Source: Selaginella moellendorffii
Taxonomy: Eukaryota; Plantae; Lycopodiophyta
Direction of reading: 5' to 3'
NCBI RefSeq assembly: GCF_000143415.4
Contig: NW_003314338.1
Location: 614,216-678,215, forward strand
DNA: 64,000 nt
How positions within the stretch are numbered: position 1 is the first letter of the stretch; each line of letters opens with the position of its first letter. This document shows, in pieces, positions 11,575-24,700 of this stretch. Under the pieces are notes generated by a model that saw only the letters and a program-made list of their open reading frames with translations, did no database searches and had not been told where the DNA came from. The position numbers and the translations under genes were made by a program.

Positions 11575-14289
11575 TGAACGGGTTTCGCTCTTCTTCACCA
11601 GAGAATCGAGCGTAGTGAAGAATCGAGCGGCATGTCCAGTGCCTCCATCCCTTCTCCAGCCCTCCTTTGGCCGACCCAGCGGCGGCCTCGACGCTCGTAC
11701 AGCCACCATTTTGGAAACCTTAGATAGCAGCGAATCTGGTGCTGCAGGCTGAGACGTTTCGTTTTCGTTGTTTCTTTTTGGAAAGCAAAGCTGTTATTGA
11801 GGTGAGTGCGTCTTCTCTGCGGCATGGAATCAGGATTCTCGTGCTACTGAAAAGATCGCTTTGAAGCTTGTAGCCAGTACGCGTACGCCGCCACGATCTG
11901 GCGGTTCCTCACTCAATCCTTGCATTGACATCTCTTTAAATTCTGTGGAGCTGGAATATACATATCCTCTTCATGATGCAAATTTGGGTACTTACGTTTA
12001 CTGGACCACAAAGAACACTCCTCTTTCATGGGCATTTGAGGGTGGGTATGATAGTCCAAGTTGCTAATCCATGGGCTGCTCCTCTTTTTCTTCCTCTTGC
12101 CCTGGCTGCTCCTGAGCTCATCTAGCTCACCACTTGCAGCTCCAAGGGCCCTCTTGCAATAGGATTGTTGCCCACTAGCTTGCACCACCAAATAAATGCT
12201 ATGCACAGCTTCTTTAGCCAATCTTTCCTACTCCTAGCTTTTCAGCCGTCACTGGAATGGTCTCTGGCTCTCTCTCTCACACACACTGCTATGTTCTCAA
12301 GCGTGCTTGAGAACACTTTCAGTCTACAGCTGTTTGCAATGCATGAAGAAATTCCTCACGAAGACACTTTGTTTTTTTCTAAGGAGATGAAAACCTGTTC
12401 TTAAGACCAAAGGGTCACTGTTTAATTGTTATCTTTGCAAGCCCATAGTCCCATGGTGAATACTTTTGTTCATGGATGCTCCACCAAAAGGAAGGATATG
12501 TATGATTTCAAATTTTATAGGTAAGAATATACCTTGCTCAAGGGTATATTATATTTTTAAGTAGCCACTAATCAATGGGAATTAAATCTATACTATTTGT
12601 TTTAATATTATATGTAATACACCCATTAAGTTAACTACAAAAGGGGCAACTGTTTAATGAGAGAGCCCTTAATGACTATTTTATCCCTATTTATTCCCCA
12701 AGGTTCCAAGGATCCATAGTGATAGTATATCCAAATCTCATCCCATGATCACATGAGCTACAATTAGTATAGACCTTGGAGTAAAAAGCTCTCACAAATA
12801 TAATGTTAAGTACCATTTTACTCTAAGATATTGCCCCTAGATTGAGCCACCTCAATAGTTAATGAAAAGAGTGTATTATAATAGGTTGAAATTGTTTACC
12901 ATATCGTGGAGTCGAAGCAATAGGCAATGTGCCAAGTGCCAGCAAAATCTAATATAAAGTATATAGAGATGTTTTTGAAGAGCAAATATTAAGCCTAGAT
13001 TCGTGGTAATAAGTTTACTTTTGTTTTAACCCCATATTTCCATAAAGAACAATAGTAAATAGGATTTTCAAGATGGTGCTAGCTATATTGTTGCAACACT
13101 AATGCTAACTATATGAAGTGACATGAAAACACTATAGTGACAAAACCTGATGTAGTACCTAAAGAATGGTTACTTGCTAATGGGGTTAAGCTCACCTTGA
13201 ATAAGATTGAAAACCTTGAGAAATTTAGTTTCAATTTTGAGAGGAGACTTGGAGACATATGTGACAAAACCAAAACTATTCTCATAGAGATGTAAAGAGG
13301 CCACCAAAAAAAGGTAAGGCAATTAAATTTATTGGTATTGTCTCCATTATTCTCTATCAATATTATAAATTTATTATACTTTATATAATTACTAAAAAAC
13401 ATGTTTTCATTTCATATACTTGCAAGTGTTCTTTTCACAATACTGCCCATAGTACTTGTATGTTTTCATTTCTATCTTTATGATTTTAAAAAATATTTCA
13501 TGGTAGCCTTTCTCAGTGTGTCACAAGAGCATATATACCATCATACTAATCATCACCATTGTTTCCACAAAAAGCCACTAAAACATATAATGCATTTCTT
13601 GAAAATCACAAAATTATAGTTTTTTAAAACAAGTAAGAGAGCATTCTTTTTCACCCAATTTGTTACACCCTCTATTATTGCATTTATCTCCAACTCGTGA
13701 TCACTATCTTTATTATCCTCTCTTGTTTTATTTTATATGGTTTGGTTATGTTGTGCAATAGGACAACCATTGCAGCTTTTAGCCTTTGAATCACTACCCT
13801 GAGAAGAAAGATTGTAAAAGTTAAAATTATCAACATTATAACCTAAAGACATTTATGTGTATTTCCCTCTTTTTGAATAAAAGTGCAAATGAAGTTCTAT
13901 AAATTCTAAAAATTATACTATAACAAACCCTCAAGAATGCATTCTAGAGAAAAACTAAATCTCTCTTTTATATACAACAAGCTTACATCAATGGTAGTTT
14001 TTTTTCCTTTCAAATAATTATATGGCCTTACATAGAATCTTATTTCAAATTTAATAATTTTTAAATTCAACATCTTGTAACAAACATCTCTATTATGGCC
14101 TATAATTAATATTTAAATTGTTAGAACAAAAATTGTCCTTTAGAACATTTTTATCTATATAATATATAGTGAGTTGTAAAATTATTAGGTTTGTCATAAC
14201 TTTAATATTTTAAAGTTTATATTGTTTATATTAAATTATAATTGAAAAAATCATGAGTTCAACTCTTCAACTAATGAGCTTAAGAGTGG

Positions 14290-14520
14290 TCTACGCTCAA
14301 TGGGGATGTTCATCCAATCAAGTTTCCTATTTATCATTGATCACTATAGGAGATTAAAATTTTACGTACAAATGTCAAAGAAATGTTGAAGAAGAGTGTT
14401 ATTTGAACATCACAGAGTCTTTAGGCTATTGGGAGTCTTTATTTTTGCATTGACTATCATTAGTTAAATAAAGTGATTATCCCAAATTTGTACCCTCTTC
14501 CTCACATTACTGATCTCTTA
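14290..14520 (+). pseudogene. Ty3/gypsy reverse transcriptase N-terminal remnant; inverted second copy at about 14750-15005
   Basis: Translates as PIKFPIYH*SL*EIKILRTNVKEMLKKSVI and FCIDYH*LNKVIIPNLYPLPHITDLL, matching the gypsy RT motif CIDYRxLN...YPLPxIDDLL. Confidence 0.8.
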
Positions 14521-15488
14521 TAGGGAGAAATTATTGGTTTAGTTCTTGGTGATGCCATTTGGTTTAAAAAATACTCCAGTGGAAAGTTGTTAGTGTATTG
14601 TTCAAAATAAATGGCATCACTAAAAACTCGTATAAATCAAATGGTGTATGAAAAATAGTTTTAGAAATATCCTCCTCAGTAGTCAGCATTTTTTAATACC
14701 CATAAACAAGATGTAACTTGGTAAACCAAAGACTTCTCTTAGATGATCTAAGAGATTAATAATGTGAGGAAGAGGGCACAAATTTAAGGTAGTCATTTTG
14801 TTTAATGAACGATATTCAATGTAAAAACAAATACTCCTATCAAGTGTCATCACAAAATGAAGTTTATATCCTCAAGGATTTCATAACTTTCAAATAACAC
14901 CTTTCTTTAACATTTTCTTGATATTTATATGTAAAATTTTGATCTCCTTTGGTGATCAATGATGAATAGAAACCTTGATTAAACGAGCATTCCTAATTAG
15001 AATAGGACGATGTGTTGCAATTTTGGCCCTAGATAATAAGTCAAATTCAAAAAAATTGACATACTACTTCATGATTCAATCAACCACTACAAGACAAAAA
15101 TTGTCAAAACGATTTAAAGAGGGTATAGAGGAATAAGACAGAAACATATAAAGAAGTAATAGAGAGATAAAAGTGATGGAGGTAGAGGTAGAAGTAAAGG
15201 AAAGTTATTGTCTACCCTTTGGGGAGATAATTTAAGCCCCTATATTACATTTAATAAAATATTATTTTTGATTTAAGGGTAAGATATAATATGTAACAAA
15301 AGTAAGAGAAATGGAAGAAATATAAAAAAGTATGAAACAAGGGGGAAAAGCCTCAAAGTTATATTTGACATAATTGTGTTGCAACTAATCTATACCAAAG
15401 ATGAGGTTAAAAGCTTAACTCGGCACCATCCACAATGACTAAAGTTGAAGCTCGAGATTGCTCATATACACAATTAGGTCCACTTCAT

Positions 15489-17151
15489 TGTGAGACACAA
15501 AGTCCCTAGGCCCCAAAGTGGAGCTGGAAAGGGTGCCACGTGGTAGTGGCCAAAGCAAAAGCCAAACAAGCGTAACACATTTGGACTAAAAGCTCTGACT
15601 TGGAAGGTCGAGAGCGGGAGTGGAACTCCCAAAAATGTGCTCGAGGAACAAGCACGAAGCGAGCAATAAGTGAGACTCTAAAAAGGGACCCAAAAGGACC
15701 AACACATGACACGTGGAAGTGTCCGAGATGGAGTCCGAGATGGACCCGAGTTGGAGTCCGAGGTGGAGTCCGAGGTGGAGTCCGAGGTGGAGTCCGAGAT
15801 GGAGTCCGAGATGGGCCGAGACGGAGTCCGAGATGGAGTCCGAGCTGGAGTCTGAGGTGGAGTCCGAGATGGAGTCCGAGATGGAGTCCGAAGTGGAGTC
15901 TGAGATGGAGTCCGAGATGGACCCGAGATGGAATCCGAGATGGAGTCCGAGAAGGACCCGAGATGGAGTCCGAGGTCGAGATCGAGACCGGGACCGAGAC
16001 CGGGACCGAGACCGAGACCGAGACCGGGACCGGGACCGAGACCGAGGCGGAGGCCAAGACCGAGACTGAGCCCGAGACTGAGCCCGAGTCCGAGTCCGAG
16101 TCCGAGTCCGAGTCTGAGTCCGAGTCTGAGTCCGAGTCCGAGTTCGAGTCTGAGAGGGTGAAAGCCCAAAGCATTCGTCTCCTAGACCCTGAGGGGTTTG
16201 GTGAGCTCCAAAAGTATAGTAAGGGGGAGGACTGCAGTGGAGCCAATTTGGCCAGGAAAGGCCAGTTTGGCCCAGGAAGGCCAGACCCAGTGTTGGGTGA
16301 TGAGCTGACCACTGGGAAGTCCAAGACTAGAGTGAATACAGACCGACAAGCGGGGTAGCTTGGTGAAGTGTTCAAGAGCCGGCTCTAGTTCCCTCGGGAG
16401 ATCGACTGGCCGATGCTCCCAGTCCAAGTGTGGGTGGCACTACCTACTTGGATACCAAGCGTGGCTTAACGAAACCTCACTCTAAGCCCATGGCTAGAGC
16501 ACCTAAAGGCGGAAGGCAGGGAGAGTACCCACGGGGCTCGTGTAGGCCAACGGTGTTCTGAAATGTTGTCCCGGAGTCCCAAATGGGGGAAAGGAGGAAG
16601 AGTAGTCCTCTAGTGTAGTGACTAAGGATACAGTCACATGGTGAAGAAGTCCCGAAGGACCATGGGACTTAGTGGTCGGGCCTGTGGGCCTTGATCGAGT
16701 GGCAGTGTTGGTGAACATGGCCATGGACAGAAAAGGGACTTGGTAGGAACTAACGAAGGGATATTGGGGAAGGCTATTCCCCATGTTTGTGGGCATCTTA
16801 AGGATGCTGAAGAGTGGATCTGGGATGACCACTCATGGTTGGATGGCCTAGTCTTGGAGAGACAGGTTTGTGATGCTAGCGGTATTGGACCACTAGTGTG
16901 GCAAAGGTGAATAGGCATGGCCTTAGCGTAACGGGCCGATATGTCAGTAGTACCTTTGGGTGTCAGTCTTGGGACTGGACACGTGGAGCACTTGGACTAA
17001 GTGCAAGGGATGAATGGCATGGGTGCCATTCTCGGGGCTAGCAAGTCCCAAGTCCTGAATTGGACTTAAGGAGGTTGTGAATGAGACTCCTCCAAATGGT
17101 TGAAGGTGTGGTTAAGTGACTAAAGTAGAACAGAAAATTTAGTTGCTTACA
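15489..17151 (+). mobile_element. Solo LTR, family A (~1.66 kb) with internal 12-mer/6-mer tandem array (15720-16150)
   Basis: Starts TGTGAGAC and ends GCTTACA. Flanks are ttcat/ctcat (5-bp TSD, one mismatch). Contains (GGAGTCCGAGAT)n, (GAGACC)n and (GAGTCC)n. Confidence 0.85.
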
Positions 17152-18731
17152 CTCATCCCATAAACATATGTGTGTTTGGCCATTGCCATAAAGACTAAAA
17201 ATTGACTTTATTGCACAATGTAAATATAGATGGCAATGTATGGTAACAAGCTGAGCAATAGAAGATAAACTCAAACCTATATCAATGAACACAAAGAGAA
17301 TAATAGAAGACTTCTTATTATCAAAACAAGCTTGAAAAGTAAACATTAGATGAACTGGTGTCAAATGAACCCCTTGATGATACTTCTGAAAGAAGGATGG
17401 AAGGGTCACCAACTTAGTTGCACAAAGAGCTTTCACTACTTGTGTGACTTATTATTTCTTAGAAACATCTGTGTCCAAACATTCCACTGTAGTAGTATTA
17501 ATATGACATTATTGATGCCAAGGTTTCTACCTAGGAACTAAAACCTCATATATCTAATTTATATTTGAACTAAAAATTTTAAGAGACACATAAACACACT
17601 TATAGCTTTGCTTAGTATTTCCTCATTTCATCTACACTATCTACTTTTTTTATTCTACTTCAATTTGCATATTATAAAATACAAAAGATGTAAAATTAAC
17701 TCTAATTTAAGGGTATATAATTATACTGTTAAATGAAGTACTATATAGAATCTCAATGCAAAACCATAAGTCTAAACTTTATGACATAGTAAGCATGATT
17801 GTGTTGTGGCTATCTCCCCAATGTTTTAAATCAGTATGATCTCATGCTATATAATATTTGAAAAGCCATTATAATCTTCACTATATGAGGAGGCTTACAT
17901 ATATGTTTTCACCTTAGCTTAAGCCATTTAACCATTTATCTAGCCATCTTATTACTAATACCAACTTTAAAATTAACTGTAATTTGGATAGAAATACTAC
18001 TCAATAATTTTCTTTTTCCTTATAAATTAAACTTCCAAATAGAATAAGTCTTTAATCACACACATGATTAGTTATATTTTTGGAAGTTATACTTTAACTT
18101 ATTTCATACACTTAATAAGTTGTTTATTTTTTAGATGTTTAGTCTAATTTGGTGTTAAAGTTTTATATTAAGAAAAACCTTTTTTCTATTTTCTACAATT
18201 ACATACAATTTGCCTTTCTTGACCAATTTTTAAAGTGAAAATAGTTTTTTTTAAATATGTAGACTTCTCTTGGTGATTCTGTCTTTTACATTTCAGCTTT
18301 TTGCAAGGAAAAATTGCTCACTTATTATGGAATATATATTTCCACTAAAAACAAGGCTAGCCAGTGTATAGTGGAAAACTCTTGCAAGAGAAACCAAGTG
18401 GTTGGTAATGACATTCTCACATCTAACACTTCACAATGACAAAAGTGTGATTGAGCAATACCAAAGGACACAATGGAAGGATAGATAGATAGGGATGAGC
18501 CATTATAATTGAAATGATTATTGAGTCCTTTTGCAAAAGATAACTATTTACTTATACTGTAGCACATGTGATCATGGGATGAGATTTGGATATACTGTCA
18601 TCATGGATCCTTGGAACCTTGGGGGATAAATGGGGATAAAATAGCCATTAAGGGTTCTTTCATTAAGCAATTGCCCCTTTTTTAATTGGCTTAAGGGGAA
18701 AGAGATAATGTGCTATAGTTGGTATGGGAGC

Positions 18732-21700
18732 TGTCGTGAATATAACTTCAGGTATCGAAAGTTACCTGTCGACTAGTCCTTTTGGATATTCTTTCCTTAC
18801 TGCCACGACGGCAGGAGGTTGGTATTGCTAGACCCATTATCAGTCTCCGCCTAAGTTAGTTGAGAAACTAGTCCTCGCATGTGCACTTGACCAAATGAGC
18901 ATAAGGAAGGAATTCCTAAGTGTCTATTTAGTCAAGCTTACTTAACCTGGTTAGAGAAACTCATTCGTTGACTTGCACTTGCTAGTGTTGGGAACCCCCA
19001 CGTTATTGATATTGGTCCTTCAATATTCGCTAAATGATAACTTATTGTGTCTACTAAACACCCTCGTTGTTATGCCCTTTGCGTTAGTCTCAATTTGGTC
19101 TCAAATGCTATTTATGGAAAGTGTCTAGATTTGCTCATTTGGTATATTTACAGAATGTAGAGATTAGCCTAAACACAATGATGTTCGTATCACACGAATA
19201 TGATATGTATCACAATGAATTGATCATCAATTGAGCAACACCACGAGCAACACCCATGTCACTACTACTACAAAGGTTTACGTAAGTATTAAGTGTCAAC
19301 TCGATTTGACAAAATGTAACATAAATACCACACTCCACCGATAGAGATTTATAACACTAAAGACCACTAACTTTTGTTCATAACACAAATAAATGCCACT
19401 CTCTTTCCGACCAAACTTAACACTAATCCAACACTAAACTACTCAAGGAGCAATAGTAAGGTTCCCCAGAAAAAAATCGAGCATTGTAACCCAAGTCTTT
19501 AATAGCAAGCTTAGACAAAATGGTTTAGCGCCTCACCACTATCCATCCCATAGTAAGACCATCATAACCAATATGCACCAAGATAAGGACTTTTAATTGC
19601 ATGATGTGAACATGAGCAATAAGTTACTCTTCGTTGCAAATCATCCCTCCAAGAAGAGAAAATGATTTACATGTTTAATCCTTCATCCCTAATAACTCTC
19701 TTTTCGGTCTCATCTTTGACCAAACCTCAAGCTTGCTTTCGCATTGCTTTCAGTCCAATCCAAAAAAAATTTATGAGAAAGCACAGCAATGATTACTTGA
19801 ATCAATAGACTAATCCCTATAGTCTTGATTGATCCACTCATAATCATGCCTAGGAAGGATCCACTAGTGCCGTGCTTAACAGCTACGGACCAGCATATTT
19901 GCCTCTCATAGCAAACCTAGGGAAGGTTTACTTTCACACATGGTACATGGAACAACTCATGGAACCACTGGAACAACTTATAGAATCACCGATAAGCTAA
20001 CATTAATCCTGCCAACTCAAAGTGTAACTTTGAGTTGCTAATGTGCCTCACTCACGAGCCCAAACGAAAACTTGTGCAAATGGAACAACTCAAATCCATA
20101 TTATGAGCCCAAGAGAAAGCTCACAAAATATGGAACAAGAAGGTAACCAAATCCATACCCAAGGAACCATTGCGAAGTCTTTGCACCCAAACGTATACCC
20201 ACTCGGATTATCATTTTCATCTCTGCGTATGCAACAAGACTAATTGCCCAATCTCATTGGATAGTACTTGCCGAGACTTAATGTAGCGCATATGGTTTTT
20301 GCCCTTTATCCTATGGTGATTTACCATAGGATAACACCATGAAGCGGAACCTAAACCCTCTTTATGCCACATGTCATATGCCACGTGTCCATAGGATAGT
20401 GGTGTGGAACCCGAGGTTCAGGGCCTTAGGCCACTGAACGAAGGAATGGTGCCAAACTCCCAAGCATGGAGCCAAGGAGTGACGGAACCGAACCACAGAG
20501 CAACTCCTGAGCATACAGCCCAAAGAGCGAAGGGACAAGAGCCTTGAGCAATTTGGAATAGTCTTAGAGTATCCAGCATCCCAATGCCAAGACCAGCACG
20601 CAAAACGGAGCCAAATAGAGTTTAGCGCTATTTCAGCATACTGGTGGCCTAACGCGAGGACATGGGTACTCCACCAACTAGCATGGTGTGGAACTTGGGA
20701 TTAGACCCAAGTCAGACGCAGAACAAGGATAGGCATGCAAGAGGGAGCTAGACTATGCCTCAAGTTGGTCGGCTATGCCCGACCTACCCACTATCCCTAC
20801 TATACATTTGGAACCCCCCACAGCCCCCCCCTTGAGGAACATACGCTTAGTGAGTAATGTGTTTACGAAGTTACTTGGTTAAACAATGATTAACCCCAAA
20901 GTGGTTGATGGTGAAGCTAGTTTACTTGCATGAAGTAGCATTGTAGTAGCTTTGACTGGATTCTCAATGATAATTCATTATGTTAAGCTTATGTCGGTAC
21001 CTTGTTCCTTGAGGGTTTGCCTATTGAGGTGTTGGAAAAGGGTTGTCGCATTCATTTGCTATAGCTCATTCGTTGATCCGTAAGCACTTGGAGTAAATTG
21101 TTGGATGGAGAAAATGTGTAGTTAGGGCATTGACATCACTAACACCTATGTTAGTGGAAGTGGTATTGTTATTTTGAGTGATGAGGAATTTTCCTTGGAC
21201 CTTGATTTTTCATATCATTTTTCTTGTTAGTGCTTTGGTTTCACATTGAATCTTGAAGGTAGTTGAAGAAGAGTGTTAGTGCAATGTGGATATCTGAAGA
21301 TGCGGTTTTTGTGATCAAGCTTTAGATGTTCATTTTGCATTTTGCGAATGTCAGTGTTGGATGTCGAAGATATGGGCAAAAGATGTTCGATGCTTAAGCA
21401 TATTGTTAGATTATAAAAATTTGTGTTGAGGTGAACCTATGTGAAGTTGTTTGTAAGAGGAAGTTAGTTGAGTTTTGAAAGTTTGCAATCCTGGACTAAG
21501 AGTTATTCTTTTTCTAGGATGGAAAATTATCCACAAATTTTCTTAGAGTTTTCTAATGGCTGATCTATTAATCACTTTTCTCGAAAACCATTCCGTTTTT
21601 GTAAGTCAGTACAAACTAGTGAAGGGGTTAGAGTTGACTTCAGTTGGTTTAAACCTTAGTAGGTAGTTTATATGATGCGACCCAAAAGGGATGCTAACTT

Positions 21701-24700
21701 TTGGGGTTAAGGCAATTGAGTTGGATAGAGTCTGGAGTTGGTGTAAAAAAGTGGCTGTTGCACTTTTCTAAGAAGGGTGACCCTTGTGCCTTTCTTCTGT
21801 AATATTATGCTTAGTAGCAGGTTGAATCTTGCATTTTGTTAGACTCTATGAGAGTAGTGAGCTCTCACTGATCCTGATTTAGTCTTGGTGGCCCTGCACC
21901 TTAGCTAAAGATGGTGATGTCTAACTTAGTTGTTTGAGGTTGAAATGTTAGTACCCATACTATAGCTTTGTCTATGAGGAGGTTGTGTACCGATATGAGT
22001 CCATCTCATGGTTTACACTTTAGTTTTGACTAAGTGTTGATCATGCATAGCTAGTGTCTTCAAGGTATGCTCAGAGCTAGTAGCTAAACGCATTAGTGAA
22101 CTTATTGCAGTTGAGTTGGATTCGAGTGGTCATTTAGTTTGTGCTTATCTATGAACTTTTATCTCGTATTTGAGGTATTACGTTTATGTTGGATAAGTAT
22201 ATAACTTGATGACATAAGTTTAGTGTTTGGGTCTTGTGAAGGCAAGTGAAAGAGTGATTATTGGTTGCTTTGCGACTAGTGGTTGCTAGTAGACTTTGTC
22301 AAGGACTTTGACATTTGTTTCACTCGATGATGATTTAGCAGTGATGAGTTTGCTTTACCAGATGGTGTTGCGAAGGATCGTGTCGTTAGACTTATATGGT
22401 TTTTTCATATTGGTATATCGATTCTACCTTTATCAATGTCATTTGGTTATGTTTAGTCTGTAGTGTTAGATTACATTGAGTCTTGGACGTGGTGAATCAC
22501 TCTTTGATAATATGTTATCTATAACTGAGTATTGTTGAAGAACTAGTCTCAGATACTGACTAAAGTATCTTTGACTTTGGTTAGCTTGGTTGCTAAAGAG
22601 TTTTGGGTGGTGATTCACTTTTGCTTTCTTCTAGCTTTGTTATGGTGTTGATGGCATTGAAGTGATGCCTTGTTGTTGACATTATTGATGTTGAGATTCG
22701 AGTGAAATGAGATATCTCTTTGTAGGATTGATATTGAGTTTCATTAGTCTTGATGAAGATAGTGTTGATGATTTGGCTGTAGTTTTGTGTTGTTAGCATT
22801 CATGCATTTGCTAGGTAGCAACTGTATTGACGTTTTAATGAACTAAGTAGCAAGTTTGAGTTAGTTATGTTCTAGACAAGATTGTTTAGTTGGGGTTGAG
22901 CTTTAAACTTTTCTTTGAAAAGTGATTTAGTCGTGAACTATGCTAACTCTATGAGAGGAAGAGTTAGTGATCGATATTAAAATGTTTGAATCCTTATTGG
23001 ATTTGAGTTGGAATATATTGATCATTGATGATTCCTCTTGTGCTTGTTATAAAGTGAGTTACGTCTTGCTGTAGATGGATTCATGGAGGATCGTTTAATG
23101 ATCACTTGTTGAGCATAGCTTCATTATATTTAGCTTTTAGATTGATGTAGACATACTCTCCATTAGCTTTGTATTATGATGTTTGACATTTAAATATGTT
23201 GAGAAGGATATTATGGGTTGTACAATGATTTTTTTTTTAGCATTAAAGTTAGTTCATGCAAGATTTGTGATCATTGTTAGGCATGATTTAACTATAGGCT
23301 TCTTTGAGCTTTTAGTTCTTTGAGTTTTTGTATTTGTTAGAAGTTGTTGGGGAAGATATTTGGCTCATTAGCTTCAATGTTGAAGTTAGTATTTGCATCT
23401 ACCAATCATTGGTGATGATTGACTATCATCTAAGATAATTGATTATCCTTGTCAGAGGTTTTGCTTGATTATCGTTAATCTAGAATGATTTGCTATTCTT
23501 CGGGATGGTGAATTCCTTCTTAGAAGATGATTCTACATATTTCTTTTTGATAGGATGATTAATGATTTTTCATAATGGTTAGTTGTTCTCTTTGATGGCT
23601 TATGGCTTTTTGTAATATCATTTATTCTTTATGGCTTGCTCTAGATTGATATTTTGGGTTTGAGACATCAGTAGGACGTTGTTGACACTTGCTTAGGCAA
23701 CTTGAGTTCCTTGGTATTGTTGACCGGGATCTATTCAGATTGGCTGGTGTGATGGTTAGCATAACTAAGTGTTTGTTAGTATTACCACATTTATTATATT
23801 ATGTTGATTGTTGCTCGAGTTTGTTCTGATAGATTAGGATGTTATATCCTTTGGGTGATACATTTGTGAGTCTCTTGCTTGCCAGTCAATGATACTTTAT
23901 GTTCTTTGAGTTATCTTTGGTAAGTTGTTTAGCATACTATTTACAATCTTCGGTAGCTAAGTTTTCTCATTGAGTTTACTTGATAATATACTTGTTATTG
24001 AATTTTGTTAGATGGTGAATCCTATGTTTTCCAATGATAGTGATCTTGGTGGTTCCTATCCTATAATATTGGTTTATCGGATGATAACCTATTTGGAATA
24101 CTTTTGTGTTCTAATCTAAGCTCTAAAATATTATTGTCTATGACTTTGATATAGTCCATATATTGATCTTTGAGTTTGGGCCAATATAGGTAGACTAGCT
24201 TCAGAACTTCGTGTGCATGGTAAAATCTTTAGTCATGGGGTAGCTATTGTCGACTGGTCACATAACCCACCTCTCTGTCGATGTTCCTTATTGTTGCGAA
24301 TGTGACTTCGAGTATCGAAAGTTACCTGTCAGCCAATCCTTACAGACACTCTTTCCTTACTGCCACAATAGCAGGAGTTCGGTATTGTTGGACCCATTAT
24401 CAATTTCCGCCTGAGCTAGTTGAGAAACTGGTCTTCATGTGTGCACTTGACCAGATGAGCATAAGGACGGAATTCCTAAGTGCTATTAGTCAAACATACT
24501 TGACCTGGTTAGAGAAACTCATTTGTTAACTTACACTTGCTAGTGTTGGGAACCCCCATGATATTGAGCTTGGTCCATCAATAGTTGCTAGATGATAGCT
24601 TACCATGTCTGCCAAACATCCTCACTATCATGCCCTTTGTGTTAGTCTCATTTCGGTCCCAAATGCTATTTATGAGAAGTGTCTGAATTTGCTCATTTGG

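Noticed and set aside
10236-11752. Alternative-frame and antisense ORFs (10402..10965, 10904..11752, 10972..11709), and similar ones over SEC23, CLC and 37445..38773
   Set aside because: Shadow ORFs of GC-rich coding sequence with no motifs.
9300-11900. High GC of the kinase/helicase island as evidence of foreign origin
   Set aside because: Native genes here (SEC23, CLC) look similarly GC-rich against the decayed repeats.
7387-12444. Pack-MULE with 160-bp TIRs carrying the kinase and helicase
   Set aside because: No TSD (cgagaatctc vs atagtccca). The left arm continues into the inverted helicase tail via a 6-nt microhomology, so inverted duplication plus deletion is simpler. Not fully excluded.
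15720-16150. CRISPR-like or other repeat-spacer array
   Set aside because: Contiguous tandem units without unique spacers, in a eukaryotic LTR context.
15506-16375. Long overlapping ORFs with SPRW, ESES, RDRD and SRTP repeats (also 1738..2085, 42375..42858)
   Set aside because: They arise from stop-free 6/12-mer tandem arrays inside an LTR and are open in several frames on both strands.
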